Assembly: GCF_036971445.1 (NCBI RefSeq)
Contig: NC_091469.1
Coordinates: 67,704,001-67,768,000 of the forward strand
Direction of reading: 5' to 3'
DNA length: 64,000 nt
DNA from: Narcine bancroftii
Taxonomy: Eukaryota
The notes beneath the pieces were generated by a model. That model did no database searches, was not told the origin of the DNA, and saw only the letters and a program-made list of their open reading frames with translations. Position 1 is the stretch's first letter, and the number at the start of each line of letters is the position of its first letter. Positions 38,301-50,965 of the stretch are shown here, piece by piece. The position numbers and the translations under genes are program-made.

Positions 38301-41300
38301 CTTCTCCTTGCCAGACATCATGATGAACAGAGGGCGCATCACTCGAGCAGCTGCTGGGACAAACTTGCTATAAAAGTTTATCTTCCCCACGAACTCCTGG
38401 AGACCTTTGGTTGTACTGGGCTTCGGGAAGCTGCGAATAGCCTCTACCTTGTTGGGTAGTGTTGTGGCCCTGTCCTTTGTAATCCTGTGGCCCAGGAAGT
38501 CGATGGTATTCAGGCCAAACTGGAATTTGGCCAGGTTGATGGTGAGGCCGAACTCCTACAGACAACTACAGAGATTTCGAAGGTGCTGAAGGTGTACCTA
38601 TCGCGTTCTACTTGCCACGAGGATATTGTCGAGGTAGACGAAAGTGCCATCCAGGTCTCAGCCTACTGCGTTCATCAGTCACTGGAATGTCTGTGCCACA
38701 TTTTTGAGCCCGAAAGGCATCCTCAGGAACTTGAACAGCCCAAATGGAGTGATGATGACCAACTTAGGGATGTCAACAGGGTGCTCCATGATCTGGTGAT
38801 ATCCTCGCACGAGGTCCACTTTTGAGAATATTGTTGCCCTGTGCAGGTTTGCCGCAAAATCCTGGATGAGTGGTACAGCGTAATGGTCCAGGGTAGTGGC
38901 TTCATTGAGCCGGCGATAATCGCCACATGGTCTCCAGCCCTCAGTTGCTTTAGGCACCATGTGCAGGGGTGAGGCCCATGGGCTGTCTGACCGTCGAACA
39001 ACACCCAACTCCGTGAGCTTGCAGAACTCCTCCTTAGCCAATCTGAACTTCTCCCGGGGAAGTCATCTTGCCCTTGCGTGGAGAGGTGGGCCCTTGGTCA
39101 GGATATGATGTCTGACGCCGTGTTGAGGCATCTTCGCTGTGAACTCATCCTCCAAGCGGTGGACGGAGTCCAGGTGCATTGCCAGAAACCTAGCGCCCCT
39201 CAGTGCGATGGTCTTGGTGTGGACGAGTCGCTTACCCTTAAGGTCCACTAGGAGCCTGTGGGTTCGCAGGAAATCCGCTCCAAGGAGTGGTTGTTCCACT
39301 GCGGCCAGTGTGAACTCCCACAAGAAGTGACTGCCCCGAACAGCAGCTCGGCCCTATGAGTGCCATAGGTCTGTATACTGCTGTTGTGGGCAGTCCTCAA
39401 CGTGGGTTAAGCTAGTCTACGCCTAGAGTCCAACCCTATCTGGGGTATCACGCTGACCTCTGTTCCTGTATCCACCAGGAAGCATTTGCCGGACATGCGA
39501 TCCCAGACATACAGGAGGCTCTCTTGGTGGCCAGTCATCATGGCCATCAGCAACGGCTGGCCTTGTCACCTCCCTGGAACCCAGAGGGGAACTGGCATCG
39601 GCAGGCCTCGGTGCCCCATGTCCAGTGGTAGAAGCACCAACTGTCGCTGGACTCGTTCCTGCCTCTCGTCTGCTGTTCCTGCTCCGGTCTGATTGTGGGA
39701 CTTCTTTACAAGCCCCATGGTAGCCGAGCACTTCTGTTTCTGTTTCCACAGAACTTCAGCCCGTGCTGCAACTTTCTGGGGGGTTGGTGAAATCTGCATC
39801 TGCCAGGAGCAGTTGGATGTCTTCAGGCATCTGTTCCAGGAATGCCTGCTCGAACATGATGCCATGTTCATCTCCCAGGAGGGCCAGCATTTCGTTGATG
39901 AGTGCTGATGGGGGATCTGTCTCCAAGTCCATCCAGGTGGAGCAAACGTGCTCCTTGCTCTCACCATGAAAGTCCGAATGTCTCGGTTAATAGCTCTTTG
40001 AAGGCAGTGTAAGTGCCTTCCGATGGTGGCCTGTGGATAAAGTTGTCCACTCTGTCTGCAGTCTGTGGATCGAGGGCACTGACCACATGGTGATGCCCCG
40101 GATCTGGAACGAAGACTCAGCCTGGTCAAACTGTCCAGAAGGTCAGAAGCTTCAGGCCGACTGTGCTAACTACTGCTTCATTCTCCATCGCTAGGTTTAG
40201 ATTCCTTCTAAACTGTCAGGTTCACCAATTGTAGCCAAACACTATACACACACACAGGTGTGGCAGGTTAAACTCACTATTTTGTTAGGACTGGAAAGGC
40301 TGCTTTTATACTGTTCAAGTTCCCGCCATTTTTGCTGATTGACCGAGTCAGCCATATGAATAACAATAACGGGCAGGAACATCCATGCATTTGAATGCCC
40401 TTCTTCCCCACCCTGTTTCTGCTGTTAGCTGGGCAGCAATGACCAATGCCATTAGGGTTGTTGGTCTGATGCTGCCCCAGCTTCTACCCCTGCCGGTTCT
40501 TTGTCCTGGAAGTCGCCTATTGCCAGCCCGATCTCCGCAATTGCAGGGCCTCCACAATAGAAACTTTGGTTCAATTGATTAGACAAGATGGTAATATTAA
40601 AGGGTATTAAGGTGAACGAAGAGGAGTATAAAATAAATTTATTTGCAGATGATGTTTTGATATATTTAACACAGCCTATGCAATCTTTGGGGAATCTACA
40701 TGCGAGACTGGAACAGTATGGTGAATTGTCAGTTTATAACGTTAATTGGGATAAGAGTGAAATAATGCCTTTAGGGGCTGTAGATTATTCATCTTGCAAG
40801 CATCTTGCAAAATTTAAGTGGTCTGATCGAATCAAGTATTTGGGAATTATAATAGTTGATAATTATCATTTATTTGAATTGAATGGTTTGCCTTTATTGT
40901 CTTAAAATTAAGTGATTTAAATCAGTGGAAAGATTTACCTATAACCTTGATAGGGCAAGTAAACTGTGTAAAAATTAATATCTTTCCCTGTATACGATAT
41001 CTTTTTCAGTCTATTCCATGTAGAATCCCCCCAAATTTATTTTTAGATACTTGAATGCTTTGGTGTGGATCTTTTTTATTGAAAGGTAAAATGGCAAGAG
41101 TGTCGTTGCAAAAATTATCTTGGAAATATGCTTTAGGGGGATTGCAATTTCTTCATTTTCAGCATTATTATGAATTGGCACAATTGAAATTTATTAATAG
41201 AATGTTTGAAGTGGATAAACCTTTGCTTTGGGCTAAGATTGAATTGTCCCAGATTAGTGAACAAAGAACAGATCATTTTATTTATAAATGGAATCCTCAG

Positions 41301-42514
41301 CTTCTACAGAATTACAATTTATTAGTGTTGAAGCATTTAATGGAGTTATGGAGTAATTAGATGTGTTATAGGTATTGAAGGTAAAATTTCAGCTAAATCT
41401 CCTTTGTATCAGAATAAACTTTTTTCTTTTTCAGTGAACAATCATCTTTTGAAAATATGGGAACAAAAATATATTAAGTTGTTACAAAGCTGGGTATTTT
41501 ATTTCTTTTCAGAGAATGAAGGAAAAAATATGGAATTTCTTCGAATACCTTGTTTACTAATTATCAGGTTCGAGCCCTACTTTTAGATAATTTTGGACGT
41601 ATGTCAAGATTACCCTTACAATCTAGATTTGAAAGTTTACTTACTGAAGGAGGTAAGAAGGGATTTATATCTGAGATGTATGTTTTATTACAACATAAAA
41701 TTAAAAAGCCCAATGTTTATAAATCTAGGCTTAGGTGGGAAAAAAGATTTGTCTATTTCTATGTCTCAGGACTATATGTGAAGATAGTATGACTAAGTTA
41801 GTGAATGTAAGATATAGATTGGTTCATTATAATTTTATACATCAACTTTATTGAACTCCTGAGAAGTTAAAGAAATAAGTTTATTTCTTCTGACTTATGT
41901 TTTAGATATAATAAACATTGGTTCTTTTTAACATTCTACTTGGTTGTGTGAAACAGTGAAACCTTTTTGGAATAGAATTATGGAATTTTTAGAGGGTTTA
42001 TTAAAATTCAAAATTTTGCTTGACCCTTTGGTATTTTTATTGGGTTATATTAAAACTTGACTTTGGAATTAAAACCAAATAAGTTTGAAATTGCATTTTT
42101 GAGACTGGCATTAGCTGTGGCATGAAAATGTTTGACTATTACCTGGAAAAAATGAGACTGATTTAAGCATCCAACGGTAGCATTCGGAAATGAGGTCTTG
42201 TATTCCATTGGAAAAGATCATGTATAATTTACGTAATAATTATCACTTTTTGTTAAGGTGTGGTGCCCGTATATGAAATATATGGGTTTAAATTTGTAGT
42301 AGTTTTTTTTTTAAGCTCCTGCTGTTGGGGTTGCACCAACCATAGTGATACTGGATGATTGTTATGTGATTTGATCTCTTCTCTTTCTATTTTTTTTCTT
42401 TGGGGTAGTCTAGTGGGGGATGGGGAGGGGGGGGTTATAGGGGCAAAATATTATGTACAATTGTATTTTGCTTTTTATTGTATGCTTTATTTGATAAATA
42501 AAATTTTATTAAAT
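32371..42514 (+). mobile_element. Full-length decayed L1-clade LINE
   Basis: 15-bp TSD AACGAGCGTCATATT (32356-70) / AGCGAGCATCATATT (42515-29). ORF1 LENQSRRNNAKIVGL...LELDR; ORF2 from ~34255 (ATFNVNGLNN..KRKRVL...LQETHL, SDHS, YRLISLLNIDYK, DAEKALDR, TRQGCPLS, LFADDVL); AATAAA at the 3' end. Confidence 0.95.
36229..40556 (-). mobile_element. Full-length degenerate Gypsy/Ty3 LTR retrotransposon inside L1 ORF2
   Basis: LTRs 40230-40556 (5') and 36229-36595 (3'); TSD AAAG/ATAG; PBS TGGTGAACCTGAC at 40215-27; PPT at 36596-36606. RT (SPWASPLHMVPK..WRPCGDYRRLN), RNase H, and integrase (HVDIVGPLP, YHPQANSMVEHFH, YKGPF). Confidence 0.95.
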
Positions 42515-44427
42515 AGCGAGCATCATATTTGTTACTTGAAGTTGCTTGTTCAATTTACTTAGTTTCTCAAAAATGTCCATCAAGTAACTCACATAAGCTT
42601 TGCCATCTGTTGTTAGCAAGAGTTTCATTTCAGGTTTGTCTTTCAAAGCTAACTGAGGAGATCAAACAGTTTCTTAAACCTTTTGAAGCAGTTTTCTTTT
42701 GACAACCATTTTACTTCAGTATGAAGCAATAATCTCACAGGTTCTGCATTTTTATCGACATAAAACTGTTTAAACAGACATTCACATTTGGCATTAGCTT
42801 TGATGGCATTGATACACTTGATCACAGAATGCAGTATCTCATGTAGAACAGGGAAACTTTCTTGGCAGCTAAGCTTTCTCAGTGGCTAACACAATATACA
42901 ACCAACATGTTTGGATTTTCATTCTTCATTAATTTTAAACATCCTGGTTTTTACCCATCATAGCAGGTTCACCATCTGCAGCACAAGATACACTGTTTCC
43001 TTTTGGTATTTCATTTTCATCCAAATAATTTTTGAGCTTGCTGTAGATATCAACTGCAGTTGTGCTTGTTTCTAATGATCCACAAAACAACATCTCTTCT
43101 TGAAACATTTCCTAATCAATATATCTCATGTTTGCCAATAACAGAGCCTCACTGTCCCGTATGGTAGATTCATCCAGTTGTATTGAGAATTTTCATGATT
43201 TCAACTTCTCCATAAGCTGTTTTTCAACATCTTGACCTATGTCATCTATTCTGATGCTGACGGTCCTATTACTCAATGGCATTGCTCGGACATCTTTGTC
43301 ATCCTTTTGCAGAACTGTTTTGAGAAACAATAATATTGCGGATTTAATCAGTTCCTCCCCAATCGTATGATTCTTCCCATGTTTTGCTATCAGCAGAGAA
43401 ATTTCATAGCTCGCTTCAAGGAGACGATTCAAGGCTGTAGTTTGCACAGAAAATAATGAAGAGATTTTTGATCTATTTTAAAACTTCTCTTTCAGTGATT
43501 TAAAATATTCCAATTTTGAATTGACATGGTTGGGATGTTATACACCTAAATGTGCTTCATGACGACCTGCTTTCATTGATTAATTTGTCAAAGTCTGTTG
43601 GCATAATAGGCAGAAAGGTGCACGTTCATTGTGTATAGCAGGTATAAACTCAAACTTCAAGAACTCCACTGAAAATTGATGAACCTTTTGCTTGCTTGGT
43701 CTGCTCATTTTGAATATACAACAGCACAAGCTCCCTGAAACAGATTAATACAACAGCGCGAGTTTCCTAAACAGATTAATCAATATTTTTATGATGTCTT
43801 AGAATTGAAAAATGTAATAAAAGTAATGACCCAAAAAAACATGAAAAAAAACACCAGCGCAGTTTCTGACATTTTTCCTTACTGAGAGTGCATCAAAACT
43901 GCGCTAGCTATGTGCTTTACTTTTTGGGGTCCCCATTTTTTTCCTGATTTTGCCACCTCCCCCTCAGGAACCCGCCCCCATTAATACGCCAGTTCACAAA
44001 GATACACACAGATACAGGTCTCACTCACTACTGAACTGAAAAAGTAAAGGGGTATGGATGGAAACATGATTGTTGAGATAATTTGGAAAGGATAATAATA
44101 AGACCGGTCAGAAAAAATGATGTTTACCAAGGATAACAACAGTTAAAGAAAAACAACAGAGAAACATTGGAAGAGTAAAAACATGTTAAGAAAATAAAAA
44201 GAACAGAGATGTTACTTGGAAGTTACCACAATTGTGTTGAACTGACAGTGGTGCCAATTCACATTTTTCTCACCAACATAACAAGTTTATTTTTTCAAAC
44301 CAACTTTTTAATTATTTCCAAAAATATTCCTATGCCCCACTAAAATATTCTTAAGCCCCATGCCTCACCAAAGTATTCTCACGCCCCACCGGTGAGGCGT
44401 ACACCCCACCTTGAGAATCTATGCTCA

Positions 44428-45354
44428 AGCCCCTTTCACACTTGCAAGTGATCCCAGGAATGAACCGCTAATTGGCCTTTAAAGCAAAATCAGCTCAACG
44501 TCGGCATCAGATGACGTCATCTCATGCCGGAGATCAACGGCTTCGACCCCTAATACAGTCCCTGGCATCTGCAGATGTCGGCGTTGCAATCAGGGAAGTA
44601 TGAAATGGGTAATTGCATTATAAGATTGAAATGACCTAAGTTTTTGCCTGAGTGCAGGAACATGAAGGAAGATTAAAATGAAAGTATAAACTTCGCCGTG
44701 GGAAGAGAGTGGAAGAGAGGAAATAAAAAGCAATAAACAGCAATAGTGGACAATATTTAAACAGCATGGGAAAGTTGGTAGTGCTATAGTGCGCAATTTA
44801 TAAAGACTGTGGGAAATGCCTTGAGGCAGAGAAACCCTTCCATAAATGCTCCATTGCTCCCCTTTCTCTGCTGCATGAAATTCTGGGAGGGCAGGTCCGC
44901 CATCGCTTTTTCCCACGGCATTTATAAATTGTACACAATAGTGCTACCGACTTTCCCACGCTATATAAATTGTTCGCTATTAACATTTATTGCTTGCATT
45001 TTCCCACACTCCCTTATAAAGGTTTATATAGGTCGGCACAACAACAAGAGGTTGAAGGGCTCATACTGTGATGTACATAAAGCTTAATTATGTTATAATT
45101 AGGCAAGATTAATTTTGTTCAAATAGAAGATCATAATTCATTGATCAAAATTTAGGGCAGGTTCACCATTGCTCAATGTGTCATGACATCACCAGTAAAA
45201 GGTAGAACAGTCCTAACTCTGGGGATAGCTCCTTGCAAGTGTGAAAGCGTTCAGTGTCCCAGTTAGGAGTGGTCAAGTGTGAAAAACCAAACCCTCATTC
45301 CTATCCCGAGACACTTAACGGCCAAATTAGTGGGATGTAAGTGTGAAAGGGGCT
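44428..45354. mobile_element. Non-autonomous TIR element, probably PIF/Harbinger-type
   Basis: TIRs AGCCCCTTTCACACTTGCA and TGTAAGTGTGAAAGGGGCT; no ORF; internal inverted repeats. Confidence 0.75.
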
Positions 45355-45894
45355 AATGTCTAGGACGCCCATAGTGTAAAAAGGGCTGGATGGGTTGGAG
45401 TTGGTCAAATGTGTTTGGGATTTTTTTTTTACATCAATACATAGAAGAACTGACTAGAGAGGGTATTGGATCTCCTATTAGGGAAAGAGATAGGTCAGGT
45501 GACAGAGGTTTGTGTTGGGGAACACTTTGGGTTTAGTGATCATAATACAATTAGTTTTAGGTTAATAATGGAGAAGGATAAGGCTGGGGCTAAGGTTGAG
45601 ATTCTTGATTGGAATAAGCCAAATTTCGAGGAGATGCAAAAAGATTTAGAGGATGTGGCCTGGGATAATTTATTTTCAGGGAAGGATTTAACACATAAAT
45701 GGAGGATATTCAAAGGGGAAACTTTGGGAGCAGAGTCAGTATGTACCTGTGAAGATTAATGGAAAGGTTAGAAAAATATAGGGATATTGGGAATTTGATT
45801 TGGAGGAAGAGGGATGTGTACAACATGCATTGACAGCAGGGAATAGATGAGGTGCTTGAAGAATATAAGGAGTGTAAAAAAAATCTTATAAGAA

Positions 45895-48800
45895 AACAAA
45901 TTCAGTATTTTTTGCATATAAATTCTAATTCAGTAGATAATAAATTTATTATACGGGAAGCACTCAAAGCTTATTTAAGGGGGAAAATAATGTTATTCAG
46001 TTAAAAATAAGAAAGATTAGAGGAAAGAGAAATCAGTTGGAAAAAGAGTTGCAAAAGAAATCAGAAAAGAAGAGAATTAATTAATAAAAAAACATTTTAA
46101 TACTATTCAGACATACAGAACTGAAAAATTAATTCAAAAAACAAAGCAGAAATATCATGAATTGGTAGAAACCTCAAAATTTTAGCTTGGTAATTGAAAG
46201 CATAACAGGTATCTTGAACAATTAAAAGTTAAAAACAACATTCTGGGACTATTACATATAAATCACAAGAAATAAATGATTCTTTTAAGAAATTTTATTC
46301 AATCAGAATCAATTCAAAATGAAAATAAGATTAATAATTTTTTTTATCTCAAATAGATTTACCTAATTTGAATGTTCAGGAGAAAAGCACTATGAATTCT
46401 CCTTTTACAGCGAAGGAGGTAATTGAGGTAATGAGTTCATTACAAAGTAGTATGTCACCAGGGGAAGATGATTTCCTGTAGAGTTTTATAGAAAATTTAA
46501 GGATCTTTTGATACCTCCATTTATAGAGGAATTAAATCAAACATTGAAAACACATTCTCTGCCAGATTCTTTTTCAACAGCAGTTATTACTATAATACCT
46601 GAGATCCATTGAAACCAGCTTCATATGGATTGATTTCATTATTAAATGCTGACTATAAGATATTAGCTAAAGTGTTAGCAAACAGATTGATAAAATATTT
46701 ACTGAAGTTAATACATATGAATCAATCTAGCTTTGTTAAAAATAGGAAATCTGCAGATAATGTGGGAACATTGATCAGTTTAGTACACTTAGTTTAAAAA
46801 AAATGGGTGATATAATTGTTGCAATTGCTTCAGATGCAGAAAAACCATTTGATAGACTAGAATAGGAATTTCTTTTTAAAATTTTGGAAAAATTTGGGTT
46901 AGGGTCAATATTTATTGATTGGATTAAAATAATATACAAGAACCCTACTGCGAAAGTAGTTATGAATTGTCAACTATTAAAAACTTTTTGAATGACTAGA
47001 TCAAGTAGACAAGGTTTTTCACTGTCGCAGGCTTTATTTGTTTTAGCAATTGAACCCTTTGCTGAATTTATAAGATAGGATTTAAAGATAAAAGGTATTA
47101 AAGTTAATCAAGAAGAACACAAAATAAGTTTGTTTGCAGATGAAGTTTTGATTTATTTAACAGATTTTTTAAATTTGTTGCGACAACTTAAATTTAGATT
47201 AAAAGAATATGGAGAAGTATCCAGTTATAAAATTAATTTGGAAAAAAGTGAAATTATGCCTTTAGTAGAGGGGGATTATCTAAAATGTAAGAAATTAATT
47301 GATTTTAAATGGCCAGATGTGGGAATAAAATATTTAGGTATTCGTGTGGAAGCGGAATTAAAAAATGTATTTAAATTATTCTCCATTATTAAAAAGAATA
47401 AAAAGATTTGGAAAGATGGAATACATTACCTATTACTTTAATAGGCAGAGTCAATTGTGTTAAGATTAATGTTTTTCCTAGAATACAATATCTTTTTCAA
47501 TGAACTTCTATAGAAATTCCTAAAAAAATCCTTAAAGAATTAAATGCATGTGTTAAGTAATTCTTATGGAAAGGAAGGATGGGAAGAGTTTATTTGGATA
47601 AATTATGGTTTGGTGGAATTACAGTTCAGGTTTGCATCTCCCTAATTTTGAGTGTGAGTGCTGCTGCGCGAATAATCCTGACGCAAAGACCACACAGACT
47701 GTACAGCAGGCTTTAATTAGTTTAAACTTATACACACCAGGTTTCAGTGTACTCCTGGCTGCATATGTCTGACTGTCCCCAAAGGGATTGGCTCAAGTCT
47801 TTATACGGGCCAGTGATTGACAGCAAGTACAGTAACTTGTATATAACTTGTAGGTACCTACCTGCAGGTACAGTGGCTGCCCCCTGCAGTAGGCTGGTAG
47901 GAGTGTGGTCAGTGTAGTGGTTGTATCACAATGAGTTACAATAAAGCAGCCCAGTTGAATTTTGCTAATGTATTAAATAAATAAAATTCCAGTTGAACTT
48001 AGTAAAATGGAGGATTCAAGCCCACAAGATTTTATTTATAAATGCAATTCAAGGTTGTAACAATGAATAGAGAAACTCTCATATTGAAGCATTTCATTGA
48101 GCTTTGGAATTAGGCTGATGAAGAAATTGGGGGAAGGTTTATTGTCTGGAAAAACACCATTATTATAGATTGATTGCGTTTTCCATGGGAAATAAATTTT
48201 TTAAGATTTTCTAGTGTCGAGGAATTAAGAAGATCAAAGATATTTTGAACCAGGGAAATATATTTCTTTTAAAAGAATGAAGAAGTTAAAGGTACCTGAA
48301 AATACAAGATTTTTGTATTATCACATTATGAAATATCTACGTGAAAATTTTAGTCAAGAACAGTTATTACCAGTAGAGATCAAATTAGAATTGTTGTTAG
48401 AATGTAATGTTATGTAATGTAAAGAGATTTATCTCAATGATGTATAGGCCAATACAAAAGAAAGCCAGAAAATTAGGATTTAATAAATCTAGACAAAGAT
48501 GGGAAGTAGCATTGGGATATATAGAGAAAATATGAAAAGCGCAATAAATGAGATATGGAATGGTTTAATATAATTTTATTCGTCAGTTATATTTAACACC
48601 AAACAAGTTTTAAAAAATTGAATCAGACTTTATTGTATCTATGTTTTAGATGTGGACAGAAATTGGTACATTTTTGCATTCTTCTTGGAAGTGTCCGAAA
48701 GTTAAACATTTTTGGTTAGAAATATGCAATTTATTGGAATGAATAATGGGGGTTAAGTTCCCACAGGATCCAATATTATTTTTATTGAATAATGTTAAGG

Positions 48801-49045
48801 ATGTTAATCCCAAATTGAAATTGAGTATGTATTAAAAGAAGTTTGTTCAAATTTCTTTAGCAATAGCAAGAAAATGTATTTCCATAACTTGAAGTCTAAT
48901 ATGGATCTAGGTATCGAAAGATGGGATGCTGAAATTCGGAGTTGTATACCACTTGAGAAATGTCACATGTATTTGTATTGATTTGTATTATTTTTAATCA
49001 TGTGTATACTTTTATGTAGTTCTAAATTTAGAAATAATTTTTTTA
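45895..49045 (+). mobile_element. 5'-truncated decayed L1-clade ORF2
   Basis: EALKAYLRG, SYGLISLLNADYKILAKVLANRL, RSSRQG..LS, LFADEVLIYL, KYLGI, CFRC...GTFLHSSWKCPKV. Confidence 0.9.
47653..47930. mobile_element. Solo LTR inside an L1
   Basis: TGTGA...TCACA termini and 5-bp TSD TTGAG/ATGAG; interrupts L1 LPNFE|SYNKAA. Confidence 0.8.
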
Positions 49046-49659
49046 AAAGTTGTATAAGGCATTGATGAGATCAAATTTAGAATATTGTGTGGAGTTTCGG
49101 TTACTAAGTTATAGGAAGGATATAAACAGAATAGGGAGAGTGCAGAGGAAATTTACAAGAATGTTGCCTGAATTTCAGGGTTTGAGTTACAGGGAAAGGT
49201 TGAGCAGGCTGGGACTTAATTTCCTGGAGCATAGAAGATCGAGGGGTGACTTGATAGAGGTATTTAAAATTATGAGGGGCACAGATAGAGTCAATGTGGA
49301 CAGGCTTTTCCCATTGAGAGTGGGGGAGATTCAAACAAGAGGATATGGATTGAGACAAAGAAGAAGTTTAGGGGAAACTTCAAGGGGAATTTCTTCATTT
49401 AGAGGGTGGTGCAGAATGAGCTTCCGGCCGGTGGAAGATGTGGGTTGGGTTTTAATATTTAAGGAAAAGTTGGATAGGTATATGGATGAGAGAGGTGTGG
49501 AAGGTTATGGGGCAGGAGCGGGTCAATGGGACCAGGTGGGAGAAGATGTTCGGCATGGACTAGAAGGGATGAACTGGCTGGTTTCTGTGCTGTAATTGTT
49601 ATATGATTATATGCATATGATACTCCAACTTGCACAACAATTTGTACACCTGTAGCATG

Positions 49660-50445
49660 ATAAAAACAGAAATGCTGGTGGAACTCAGCAGGTTTTGCAT
49701 CCATAAGAGGTAAAGATAGATAACCGTTTCAGGCCTGAGCCCTTATTCAAGGTAGCTTCAATACCTTAAAGAAGGGCTCAGGACCAGGACTTTAGTTACA
49801 GTGCCCTCCACAATGTTTGGAACACTTTTTTCCTTTATTTGTCACTGTGGTCCATAGTTTTAAATATGTCGGACATACATTTGGGGATTTTTCTTAATGA
49901 TGTTCCATACTGTTGATTTTGGTAATCCTAAAGTTTGTATGATGTCTCTTACTGTTTTATTCTTGTTTTTCAGACTCAATGGCTTATTTAACTTTCAGTG
50001 GCACAACTCTGGACCTTGTGTTGAAAAATGGCAACTACAGACTCCAAAGATGATCAAAGCTTAGAACTAAGCCTAGCTTTCCTATACATGCATTAATGAA
50101 GCACTTAAACATATCTGAGTATTCACAATCATCTGTGAAGCCAAATGTGCCAAACATTATGATGCCCTAAAATGAGGGTACTATGTATAAAATTTTGTAA
50201 TTTCTACATTGTCAAACCAAAATGTATACAAATAACCTTAAATAAAATCTGGAATGTGCATCTTAATAGCATTAATTGTTTAATCACAAATTTAAAACTG
50301 TGGAGCATAGGTGCAAAGAAAAAAAGTGTCTTTCCTCCAAACATTATGGAGGACTCTGTATGTACCTATACATGAGACCTGCTGAGTTCTCCAGCATTTC
50401 TGTGTTTTTACTTCAGTCACAGTGTCTGCAGACTTTTGTGTTCAT
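49660..50445. mobile_element. Penelope-like back-to-back inverted terminal repeats interrupted by a Tc1 MITE
   Basis: aatgctggtggaactcagcagg...cctgagcccttattcaaggta / taccttaaagaagggctcagg ... cctgctgagttctccagcattt. Confidence 0.7.
49799..50358. mobile_element. Tc1/mariner non-autonomous element (MITE)
   Basis: TA|CAGTGCCCTCCACAATGTTTGG ... CCAAACATTATGGAGGACTCTG|TA: TIRs with a TA TSD. Confidence 0.85.
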
Positions 50446-50449
50446 AACT

Positions 50450-50965
50450 GTAACATGGCGTCCCACTTCTTGCACTCAGTGATCTGATCACTGAAGCCAA
50501 GTGCGCCAAATTCCTTTTTCACCACCATCTATTAGTTCCATCACTTTAAAGGAATGACGTACCTGTTCCCGAGCCTCCATGCTCTATAACACTCTCCAGG
50601 GTCCAGTTATTTCTTGCATGTGCTGCCCTAGTTTGACTTACAAAATTACAACACCTTATCATTGTCTGAATTAAGTTCCATCTTCCATTCTTGGCTCCTT
50701 TTCTCATTTGATCTAGATTCTGTATTAATCCTGGTCAACCTTCTTCACTATCCATTACACCACCAATTTTGATGTCCTCCACAAACTTGCTAACATACAT
50801 TGTTGTTCCTCATCTATATTTACAATTTGGATGATAGTCGGCCCAGTAATGAACTCTGCAGCATAACACTTGGTCACAGGCCTTCAATCTATAATACAAC
50901 TCCACCACCATCCTCTGACTCTTTCACACAAGCCAATTTTGAATTGAATTGGCCAGATCATTAAA
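50450..50965 (-). mobile_element. Degraded CR1 RT fragment
   Basis: Minus strand reads KFVEDIKIGG, PVTKCYA.. and W..ELNSDN.KV. Confidence 0.7.

Larger units (their letters stand above)
31583..44423 (-). mobile_element. hAT (Buster/ZBED8/SCAND3-type) DNA transposon, decayed and split by an L1
   Basis: Transposase starts at ATG 43708 (MSRPSKQK...PFCLLCQQTLTN*SMK..HEAHL..HP BED finger; ASYEISLLIAKHGKNHTIGEELIK; FSIQLDEST), runs to 42515 and resumes at 32370-31780. Ends CAGTAGTTCT and TTGAGAATCTATG; 8-bp TSD CTCTTGCC / CTCAAGCC. Confidence 0.9.
31244..49612 (+). mobile_element. Fragmented CR1 LINE (31244-31574, 45355-45890, 49046-49612) hosting nested insertions
   Basis: The endonuclease reads TWL.EGHDWQLNI...SSEAIWVELRN...YRPP...DFNFPH and resumes at DAHSVK.GLDGLELVKCV (~45360). 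The 3' part LYKALMRSNLEYCVEF...RGDLIEVFKIMRG ends in a ttatatg tail and may be a separate copy. Confidence 0.8.
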
